The position numbers were made by a program, and so were the translations under genes. From Flectonema sp. DT1601 (taxonomy: Eukaryota), in the NCBI GenBank assembly GCA_964019425.1, contig OZ025780.1, forward strand, positions 744,001 through 808,000: a stretch of DNA of 64,000 nt, written 5' to 3'. The notes under the pieces were generated by a model. The model was given only the letters and a program-made list of their open reading frames with translations, was not told where the DNA came from and searched no databases. Each line of letters begins with the position of its first letter. The first letter of the stretch is position 1. Shown in pieces: positions 22,063 to 31,493 of the stretch.

Positions 22063-22467
22063 TTTGGTATTTTTTTGTTACCTCCCGCTCGTGATTTATT
22101 TTAATGGTTAGTCTATTTAAGTTCTCTGAGGCTATTCCAACTTTCTAGTTGCGAATTATTGCTTTCCCGTTCACATCAGTTTTTTTTTGTGCTCTTTTTT
22201 ACGTTACTTGTGTTTCCCAGATTACACCATCTTAATGATCCATAAGTGTATGGCTTTTTCTTATTTACAAACACAAAAAAACAAAAAACAAACTCGAAGC
22301 ATATGATTTATCTTCCTACGGAAGTAAATCGATAAAATGACCTTCCTGTACTTTGATCACGTTGACATCACTGATGAAGAGTGAGGAGCTATTAAAAGTG
22401 AATCTGTTGACTCTTCAGTCACTATCTTTTGTTCCCTCTTCAGGTGTGGAGAAATAGCAAAGAACGA

Positions 22468-24708
22468 ATGCGTTCGTTATTTGAGTACTTTTTCTCTGAA
22501 GACGATACGGAGGAGACAAGACATAGAAAGAAGTTAATGATCACACTGTGTCTGGCGATTACAAGTGTCGCATGCGGTTCAGCAGTTTTAATTGACTTCG
22601 AACTTTCCGTAGTCCTCCTTGATATTCTTGGATTCAAAAGTTTGTTGTTACTGTTAAAGTGGTTTATAACAAAGAAGATTCCCGATAGAGATATAGCGAT
22701 ATTCTTAATGTTATGGTTGGCAATGGTTCTGTATAAAGACATCCTTCTAGTCAGTGAAATGCAAACTCCTCTTTGGCCCGCGGCGGTAGTTCTTCTGGAC
22801 ATCAGTTTAATATGCAAGCTGCCTTATTCCGTTACAACGTCCTTAGTTCTTGCTGTCTGTGTTCATCTTGTCGTCACCGGTATTGAAAATGGTACTCGCT
22901 TTGGTCTTTATGATGTTGTTGGAAGTACTAAAATGAGATATCACAGGGGATGCTTTAACATCACTCCTGAGGAAATTGAAGCGACTCCTTGTAAAACACC
23001 ATTACATCTTGCTGGTGCAGATACAATGTTATTTATGTCAATATTTCTCCTGGACTACTACGCCACCCGAAGCTTTGCCATGGGCATGTTTAGAGAAAAG
23101 GCAAAACTTCAAGCGAGTGTCTCACTTGCGGAAACTGTTGTCGCTGCTCTTGTTCGCTTCGATCTCGAAGAAGCCGCAACCTGCATCGGAAATGAGGAGT
23201 ACACTCCTCTATCTGAAGTCTTCAACAGGTTGCTTCAAAACCTTCATCAGTATCGACCCTACCTGCCAGACTCTCTGTTTGAATTTTCTGAGGAAACCTT
23301 TCACGTGAGTGTGTCGCCTCCCCAAGATCAAGCGGCGATTCTCTTCACTGACTTGAAGTCTTCGACTGCTATATGGGAAGCCAGTCCTGATGCTATGAAA
23401 CGAGCTTTGAAAATGCACAACAACATCATCAGAAGTTGTCTTGGTGACTACGGAGGTTACGAAGTGAAGACAATTGGAGATGCTTTCATGGTCGCCTTTG
23501 AGGATATGACAAGCGGGTGTTCATTTGCGATGGCTGTGCAGGAGAAGATAATGTCAACGACTTGGCCGACTGAACTAATACTTCCTGATAACTTTATTAG
23601 CAACGGATGGAATGGTTTAGTGCTGAGAATTGGAATTCGTTTTGGAGAAGTCACTACTGAGGTGAGCAAGCTGAGTGGCCGTACAGACTACTTCGGCCGA
23701 ACAGTAAACAGAGCAGCTCGTTTAGAAGGCGCATGCACACCTGGAGGTATTGCTATTTCTAACTCTATGTTGGATCAAATGCCATGTGCAGGAGGTTGGT
23801 ATCACGAGAATACTGCTGAAATCTTGAAGGGAATAGATGAGAACCCTGTGGAAATTACTCTTTTTCAATTGATCGATACAAAGAATAGAGTTCCTTTATC
23901 GTGTGACACTTTTTCTGCTGATAGTTCAGCATCATTCAGATCTTTGGGTTCAGCATCATTCAGCTCATTGCCCCTAGCACGAGCTGGGAGGAAAGGAAGC
24001 GCCACTACATGTACTGTGAGACTTGCCATCCCTGATGTCCACCACGCAATACACGGTGTCGACAATGCGCTATCTAGAGCTATATCCTGTTTAGAACGTA
24101 CTGAGGGTTCAATTATTGCTGTTGTTTCATCATTCATCACTATTGGATGGAATACCGTAAGAGCAACACCAACTCATGTTGAGAACAGTGTTCGATTCAC
24201 ATCATTAATGTATTCCACCTTCTCATCACCTGGTGAGATATTTATTGGACTCTCATCCAGTCCAGTTCACTGTGGAACTGTTGGAACGAAAGAACAGAGA
24301 TTTGTGACTGTTTTTGGAGACTGTGTTGCCGCCTGTGGTTTGCTGTGTCAGGCTTGCTATGATATTGGTGCCTTTGCTCTTTGTACTGCTGAAACGATAA
24401 AGGATTTCCCTGTTCGTCCTGTTGACCGATGGAAACTAAATACAAACGATGATGAAATAACGACTGTCGATATTTATGAACTTAACGCACCAGAGTTGAA
24501 GAGTTGCCTCTGTTCACCTCTTCTTAATGATAGTTTAGACAATACTGCTTTTACTGAATGGGGTTGGAGTAAATCGTACTGGACAGCCTTTAACAACAAA
24601 GACTGGGAAACAATAAAAAAACAATCCACACGTAGTAGAGTCTTGAGATGCGTAGCTGACATGTTACGAAGTGGAAGTTCCCTGCGATTTGATAATAACG
24701 ATTTCTAA
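22468..24708 (+). CDS. Multi-TM adenylate cyclase, copy 2
   Basis: Same motifs as copy 1; ATG (MRS..) at 22468 after a TCTTCAG acceptor; carries GIRFG in place of GIHFG. Confidence 0.92.
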   Translation: MRSLFEYFFSEDDTEETRHRKKLMITLCLAITSVACGSAVLIDFELSVVLLDILGFKSLLLLLKWFITKKIPDRDIAIFLMLWLAMVLYKDILLVSEMQTPLWPAAVVLLDISLICKLPYSVTTSLVLAVCVHLVVTGIENGTRFGLYDVVGSTKMRYHRGCFNITPEEIEATPCKTPLHLAGADTMLFMSIFLLDYYATRSFAMGMFREKAKLQASVSLAETVVAALVRFDLEEAATCIGNEEYTPLSEVFNRLLQNLHQYRPYLPDSLFEFSEETFHVSVSPPQDQAAILFTDLKSSTAIWEASPDAMKRALKMHNNIIRSCLGDYGGYEVKTIGDAFMVAFEDMTSGCSFAMAVQEKIMSTTWPTELILPDNFISNGWNGLVLRIGIRFGEVTTEVSKLSGRTDYFGRTVNRAARLEGACTPGGIAISNSMLDQMPCAGGWYHENTAEILKGIDENPVEITLFQLIDTKNRVPLSCDTFSADSSASFRSLGSASFSSLPLARAGRKGSATTCTVRLAIPDVHHAIHGVDNALSRAISCLERTEGSIIAVVSSFITIGWNTVRATPTHVENSVRFTSLMYSTFSSPGEIFIGLSSSPVHCGTVGTKEQRFVTVFGDCVAACGLLCQACYDIGAFALCTAETIKDFPVRPVDRWKLNTNDDEITTVDIYELNAPELKSCLCSPLLNDSLDNTAFTEWGWSKSYWTAFNNKDWETIKKQSTRSRVLRCVADMLRSGSSLRFDNNDF

Positions 24709-25486
24709 GACCAATCCAATCCCCTTTTTGTAGTATCGTCTATTCTTTAGTTGTAATCTTTCTTTCCAGAAGGAATTATAATTTTTAGAAAAACCTTTAT
24801 AAACTGTCAGAAGGTTAATCTTGACACCCCTCATAAGCTCAACTTAACTCTACTTATCAAATGATAATTAGTTATGGTCTATTTGGATTTGTATTTTGAG
24901 CCACCTTGCGATTTAAAGTGTTAGTCTAGACTGGCGACACGGGATACAGATCCCACAGACTTATATTAGTCTCATCACGGCATCTTATTGTTGTGAAATT
25001 ACGATTTAATTATATTTTGAGATCTAAGATTATAACCATCTTCCAATTCCCTGTTGTAATATCGTCAGTTCTTTAGTTTGTTATCTTTCTTACTAGAAAA
25101 GATTCACTGAAGAGCTGAGTACAGAAACCTAACAGTACTATTTCCTTACGATATGCTTCATTTGATTTAATTATTTATTTGTGATAACTGACTGCTGTTT
25201 TTGTACTAATACATCACTCTGGGAATGGATTGGAAAATTTTCTCTAAATGAAAAGATGATTCTTAGCTTTTCAGCTTTAATTAACTTTTCTGTTATTATT
25301 GACTTTGAATTAGATAAAGCAATCTTACTGATAATATTACTTTTTTAAAACATGTGTTGGGAAGGTGATGACGTTCAGTTTTTATTTAACTTCTCCTGAT
25401 GACACATCATATAAAAGTGAATCTGTTGACTCTTCAGTCACTATCTTTTGTTCCCTCTTCAGGTGTGGAGAAATAGCAAAGAACAA

Positions 25487-27709
25487 ATGCGTTCATTATA
25501 TGAGTACTTTTTCTCTGAAGACGATACGGAGGAGACAAGACATAAAAAGAGGATAACGGTCACAGCGTGTCTGGCGATTACAAGTGTCGCATGCGGTTCA
25601 GCAGTTGTAAGCGAATTGACACTTTACATAATCCTCCTTTTTATTCTTGGATTCAAGAGTTTGTTGTTATTGTTAAAGTGGTTTATAACAAAGCAGATTC
25701 CCGATAGAGATATAGCAGTATTCTTAATTTTATGGTTGGCAATGGTCCTGTATAACGACATCCTTCAAGTCAGTGAAATGGGAACCCCTTTTTGGCCCGC
25801 GGCGGTAGTTCTTCTGGACATCAGTTTAATATGCAAGCTGCCTTATTCCGTTACAACGTCCTTAGTTCTTGCTGTCTGTGTTCATCTTGTCGTCACTGGT
25901 ATTGAACAGGGTACTCGCTTTGGTCTTTATGATGTCGTTGGAGGTACCAAAATGAGATATCACAAGGGATGCTTTAACATCACTCCTGAGGAAATTGAAG
26001 CGACTCCTTGTAAAGTACCATTTCATCATGCTGGTCCAAGCTCAATACTATACATGTCAATATTTCTCCTGGACTACTACGCCACCCGAAGCTTTGCCAT
26101 GGGCATGTTTATAGAAAAGGCAAAACTTCAAGCGAGTGTCTCACTTGCGGAAACTGTTGTCGCTGCTCTTGTTCGCTTCGATCTCGAAGAAGCCGCAACC
26201 TGCATCGGAAATGAGGAGTACACTCCTCTATCTGAAGTCCTCAACAAAATGCTTCAAAACCTTCATCAGTATCGACCCTACCTGCCAGACTCTCTGTTTG
26301 AACTTTCTGAGGAAACTTTTCACGTGAGTGTGTCGCCTCCCCAAGATCAAGCGGCGATTCTCTTCACTGACTTGAAGTCTTCGACTGCTATATGGGAAGC
26401 CAGTCCTGATGCTATGAAACGAGCTTTGAAAATGCACAACAACATCATCAGAAGTTGTCTTGGTGACTACGGAGGTTACGAAGTGAAGACAATTGGAGAT
26501 GCTTTCATGGTCGCCTTTGAGGATATGACAAGCGGGTGTTCATTTGCGATGGCTGTGCAGGAGAAGATAATGTCAACGACTTGGCCGACTGAACTAATAC
26601 TTCCTGATAACTTTATTAGCAACGGATGGAATGGTTTAGTGCTGAGAATTGGAATTCATTTTGGAGAAGTCACTACTGAGGTGAGCAAGCTGAGTGGCCG
26701 TACAGACTACTTCGGCCGAACAGTAAACAGAGCAGCTCGTTTAGAAGGCGCATGCACACCTGGAGGTATTGCTATTTCTAACTCTATGTTGGATCAAATG
26801 CCATGTGCAGGAGGTTGGTATCACGAGAACACTGCTGAAATCTTGAAGGGAATAGATGAGAACCCTGTGGAAATTACTCTTTTTCAATTGAACGAAACGA
26901 AGAATAGAGTTCCTTCAATGTTAGAAAATTCTTCTGTCGGTAGCACAGTATCTTTCAGTACACCGGGAAGTCCCCTTGCGCGAGCTGGGAAGAAAGGAAG
27001 CGCCACTACATGTACTGTGAGACTTGCCATCTCTGATGTCCACCGCGCAATACACGGTGTCAACAATGCGCTATCTAGAGCTATATCCTGTTTAGAACGT
27101 ACTGAGGGTTCAATTATTGCTGTTGTTTCATCATTCATCACTATTGGATGGAATACCGTAAGAGCAACACCAACTCATGTTGAGAACAGTGTTCGATTCA
27201 CATCATTAATGTATTCCACCTTCTCATCACCTGGTGAGATATTTATTGGACTCTCATCCAGTCCAGTTCACTGTGGAACTGTTGGAACGAAAGAACAGAG
27301 ATTTGTGACTGTTTTTGGAGACTGTGTTGCCGCCTGTGGTTTGCTGTGTCAGGCTTGCTATGATATTGGTGCCTTTGCTCTTTGTACTGCTGAAACGATA
27401 AAGGATTTCCCTGTTCGTCCTGTTGACCGATGGAAACTAAATACAAACGATGACGAAATAACGACTATCGATATTTATGAACTTAACGCACCTGAGTTGA
27501 AGAGTTGCCTCTGTTCATCTCTTCTTAATGATAGTTTAGACAATACTGCTTTTACTGAATGGGGTTGGAGTAAATCGTACTGGACAGCCTTTAACAACAA
27601 AGACTGGGAAACAATAAAAAAACAATCCACACGTAGTAGAGTCTTGAGATGCGTAGCTGACATGTTACGAAGTGGAAGTTCCCTGCGATTTGATAATAAC
27701 GATTTCTAA
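25487..27709 (+). CDS. Multi-TM adenylate cyclase, copy 3
   Basis: Paralog of copy 2 with intact catalytic motifs. Confidence 0.92.
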   Translation: MRSLYEYFFSEDDTEETRHKKRITVTACLAITSVACGSAVVSELTLYIILLFILGFKSLLLLLKWFITKQIPDRDIAVFLILWLAMVLYNDILQVSEMGTPFWPAAVVLLDISLICKLPYSVTTSLVLAVCVHLVVTGIEQGTRFGLYDVVGGTKMRYHKGCFNITPEEIEATPCKVPFHHAGPSSILYMSIFLLDYYATRSFAMGMFIEKAKLQASVSLAETVVAALVRFDLEEAATCIGNEEYTPLSEVLNKMLQNLHQYRPYLPDSLFELSEETFHVSVSPPQDQAAILFTDLKSSTAIWEASPDAMKRALKMHNNIIRSCLGDYGGYEVKTIGDAFMVAFEDMTSGCSFAMAVQEKIMSTTWPTELILPDNFISNGWNGLVLRIGIHFGEVTTEVSKLSGRTDYFGRTVNRAARLEGACTPGGIAISNSMLDQMPCAGGWYHENTAEILKGIDENPVEITLFQLNETKNRVPSMLENSSVGSTVSFSTPGSPLARAGKKGSATTCTVRLAISDVHRAIHGVNNALSRAISCLERTEGSIIAVVSSFITIGWNTVRATPTHVENSVRFTSLMYSTFSSPGEIFIGLSSSPVHCGTVGTKEQRFVTVFGDCVAACGLLCQACYDIGAFALCTAETIKDFPVRPVDRWKLNTNDDEITTIDIYELNAPELKSCLCSSLLNDSLDNTAFTEWGWSKSYWTAFNNKDWETIKKQSTRSRVLRCVADMLRSGSSLRFDNNDF

Positions 27710-28487
27710 GACCAATCCAATCCCCTTTTTGTAGTATCGTCTATTCTTTAGTTGTAATCTTTCTTTCCAGAAGGAATTATAATTTTTAGAAAAACCTTTA
27801 TAAACTGTCAGAAGGTTAATCTTGACACCCCTCATAAGCTCAACTTAACTCTACTTATCAAATGATAATTAGTTATGGTCTATTTGGATTTGTATTTTGA
27901 GCCACCTTGCGATTTAAAGTGTTAGTCTAGACTGGCGACACGGGATACAGATCCCACAGACTTATATAAGTCTCATCACGGCATCTTATTGTTGTGAAAT
28001 TACGATTTAATTATATTTTGAGATCTAAGATTATAACCATCTTCCAATTCCCTGTTGTAATATCGTCAGTTCTTTAGTTTGTTATCTTTCTTACTAGAAA
28101 AGATTCACTGAAGAGCTGAGTACAGAAACCTAACAGTACTATTTCCTTACGATATGCTTCATTTGATTTAATTATTTATTTGTGATAACTGACTGCTGTT
28201 TTTGTACTAATACATCACTCTGGGAATGGATTGGAAAACTTTCTCTAAAAGAAAAGATGATTCTTAGCTTTTCAGCTTTAGTTAACTTTTCTGCTTTTAT
28301 TGACTTTGAATTAGATAAAGCATTCTTACTGATAATATTACTTTTTTAAAACATGTGTTGGGAAGGTGATGACGTTCAGTTTTTATTTAACTTCTCCTGA
28401 TGACACATCATATAAAAGTGAATCTGTTGACTCTTCAGTCACTATCTTTTGTTCCCTCTTCAGGTGTGGAGAAATAGCAAAGAACAA

Positions 28488-30710
28488 ATGCGTTCGTTTT
28501 TTGAGTACTTTTTCTCTGAAGACGATACGGAGGAGACAAGACATAGAAAGAAGTTAATGATCACACTGTGTCTGGCGATTACAAGTGTCGCATGCGGTTC
28601 AGCAGTTTTAAGTGACTTCACACTTAACATAATCCTCCTTTTTATTCTTGGATTCAAGAGTTTGTTGTTATTGTTAAAGTGGTTTATAACAAAGAAGATT
28701 CCCGATAGAGATATAGCGATATTCTTAATGTTATGGTTGGCAATGGTCCTGTATACAGACATCCTTCAAGTCAGTGAAATGCAAACCCCTTTTTGGCCCG
28801 CGGCGGTAGTTCTTCTGGACATCAGTTTAATATGCAAGCTGCCTTATTCCGTTACAACGTCCTTAGTTCTTGCTGTCTGTGTTCATCTTGTCGTCACCGG
28901 TATTGAAAATGGTACTCGCTTTGGTCTTTATGATGTTGTTGGAAGTACTAAAATGAGAAACATCAGGGATTGCTTTAACATCACTCCTGAGGAAATTGAA
29001 GCGACTCCTTGTAAAACACCATTACATCTTGCTGGTACATACTCAATATTGTACATGTCAACATTTCTCCTGGACTACTACGCCACCCGAAGCTTTGCCA
29101 TGGGCATGTTTAGAGAAAAGGCAAAACTTCAAGCGAGTGTCTCACTTGCGGAAACTGTTGTCGCTGCTCTTGTTCGCTTCGATCTCGAAGAAGCCGCAAC
29201 CTGCATCGGAAATGAAGAGCACACTGCTCTCTCTGAAGTCCTCAACAAGTTGCTTCAAAACCTTCATCAGTATCGACCCTACCTGCCAGACTCTCTGTTT
29301 GAATTTTCTGAGGAAACCTTTCACGTGAGTGTGTCGCCTCCCCAAGATCAAGCGGCGATTCTCTTCACTGACTTGAAGTCTTCGACTGCTATATGGGAAG
29401 CCAGTCCTGATGCTATGAAACGAGCTTTGAAAATGCACAACAACATCATCAGAAGTTGTCTTGGTGACTACGGAGGTTACGAAGTGAAGACAATTGGAGA
29501 TGCTTTCATGGTCGCCTTTGAGGATATGACAAGCGGGTGTTCATTTGCGATGGCTGTGCAGGAGAAGATAATGTCAACGACTTGGCCGACTGAACTAATA
29601 CTTCCTGATAACTTTATTAGCAACGGATGGAATGGTTTAGTGCTGAGAATTGGAATTCATTTTGGAGAAGTCACTACTGAGGTGAGCAAGCTGAGTGGCC
29701 GTACAGACTACTTCGGCCGAACAGTAAACAGAGCAGCTCGTTTAGAAGGCGCATGCACACCTGGAGGTATTGCTATTTCTAACTCTATGTTGGATCAAAT
29801 GCCATGTGCAGGAGGTTGGTATCACGAAAGTATATCAGAAAATCTAAGAGGAATAGATGAGAACCCTGTGGAAATTACTCTTTTTCAATTAAAGGATACA
29901 AAGAGTAGAGTTCCTTTATCGTGTGACGCTTTTTCTGCTGTTAGCTCAGCATCATTCAGCTCTCTGGGAAGTCCCCTTGCACGAGTTGGGAAGAAAGGAA
30001 GCGCCACTACATGTACTGTGAGACTTGCCATCCCTGATGTCCACCACGCAATACACGGTGTCGACAATGCGCTATCTAGAGCTATATCCTGTTTAGAACG
30101 TACTGAGGGTTCAATTATTGCTGTTGTTTCATCATTCATCACTATTGGATGGAATACCGTAAGAGCAACACCAACTCATGTTGAGAACAGTGTTCGATTC
30201 ACATCATTAATGTATTCCACCTTCTCATCACCTGGTGAGATATTTATTGGACTCTCATCCAGTCCAGTTCACTGTGGAACTGTTGGAACGAAAGAACAGA
30301 GATTTGTGACTGTTTTTGGAGACTGTGTTGCCGCCTGTGGTTTGCTGTGTCAGGCTTGCTATGATATTGGTGCCTTTGCTCTTTGTACTGCTGAAACGAT
30401 AAAGGATTTCCCTGTTCGTCCTGTTGACCGATGGAAACTAAATACAAACGGTGATGAAATAACGACTATCGATATTTATGAACTTAACGCACCTGAGTTG
30501 AAGAAGTACCTCTGTTCACCTCTTCTTAATGATAGTTTAGACAATACTGCTTTTACTGAATGGGGTTGGAGTAAATCGTACTGGACAGCCTTTAACAACA
30601 AAGACTGGGAAACAATAAAAAAACAATCCACACGTAGTAGAGTCTTGATATGCGTAGCTGACATGTTACGAAGTGGAAGTTCCCTGCGATTTGATAATAA
30701 CGATTTCTAA
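28488..30710 (+). CDS. Multi-TM adenylate cyclase, copy 4
   Basis: Paralog of copy 2 with intact catalytic motifs. Confidence 0.92.
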   Translation: MRSFFEYFFSEDDTEETRHRKKLMITLCLAITSVACGSAVLSDFTLNIILLFILGFKSLLLLLKWFITKKIPDRDIAIFLMLWLAMVLYTDILQVSEMQTPFWPAAVVLLDISLICKLPYSVTTSLVLAVCVHLVVTGIENGTRFGLYDVVGSTKMRNIRDCFNITPEEIEATPCKTPLHLAGTYSILYMSTFLLDYYATRSFAMGMFREKAKLQASVSLAETVVAALVRFDLEEAATCIGNEEHTALSEVLNKLLQNLHQYRPYLPDSLFEFSEETFHVSVSPPQDQAAILFTDLKSSTAIWEASPDAMKRALKMHNNIIRSCLGDYGGYEVKTIGDAFMVAFEDMTSGCSFAMAVQEKIMSTTWPTELILPDNFISNGWNGLVLRIGIHFGEVTTEVSKLSGRTDYFGRTVNRAARLEGACTPGGIAISNSMLDQMPCAGGWYHESISENLRGIDENPVEITLFQLKDTKSRVPLSCDAFSAVSSASFSSLGSPLARVGKKGSATTCTVRLAIPDVHHAIHGVDNALSRAISCLERTEGSIIAVVSSFITIGWNTVRATPTHVENSVRFTSLMYSTFSSPGEIFIGLSSSPVHCGTVGTKEQRFVTVFGDCVAACGLLCQACYDIGAFALCTAETIKDFPVRPVDRWKLNTNGDEITTIDIYELNAPELKKYLCSPLLNDSLDNTAFTEWGWSKSYWTAFNNKDWETIKKQSTRSRVLICVADMLRSGSSLRFDNNDF

Positions 30711-31493
30711 GACCAATCCAATCCCCTTTTTTGTAGTACCGTCTATTCTTTAGTTGTAATCTTTCTTTCCAGAAGGAATTATAATTTTTAGAAAAACCTT
30801 TATAAACTGTCAGAAGGTTAATCTTGACACCCCTCATAAGCTCAACTTAACTCTACTTATCAAATGTTAATTAGTTATGGTCTATTTGGATTTGTATTTT
30901 GAGCCACTTTGCGATTTAAAGTGTTAGTCTAGACTGGCGACACGGGATACAGATCCCACAGACTTATATTAGTCTCATCACGGCATCTTATTGTTGTGAA
31001 ATTACGATTTAATTATATTTTGAGATCTAAGATTATAACCATCTTCCAATTCCCTGTTGTAATATCGTCTGTTCTTTAGTTTGTTATCTTTCTTACTAGA
31101 AAAGATTCACTGAAGAGCTGAGTACCGAAACCTAACAGTACTATTTCCTTACGATATGCTTCATTTGATTTAATTATTTATTTGTGATAACTGACTGCTG
31201 TTTTTGTACTAATACATCACTCTGGGAATGGATTGGAAAACTTACTCTATAAAAGAAAAGATGATTCTTAGCTTTTCAGCTTTAATTAACTTTTCTGCTT
31301 TTATTGACTTTGAATTAGATAAAGCAATCTTACTGATAATATTACTTTTTTAAAACATGTGTTGGGAAGGTGATGACGTTCAGTTTTTATTTAACTTCTC
31401 CTGATGACACATCATATAAAAGTGAATCTGTTGACTCTTCAGTCACTATCTTTTGTTCCCTCTTCAGGTGTGGAGAAATAGCAAAAAGAACAA

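Noticed and set aside
22429..22467. N-terminal MFPLQVWRNSKE extension on cyclase copies
   Set aside because: It starts at TTG inside the pyrimidine tract/AG acceptor and is out of frame in copy 5; the ATG of MRS aligns with the starts of copies 1 and 9
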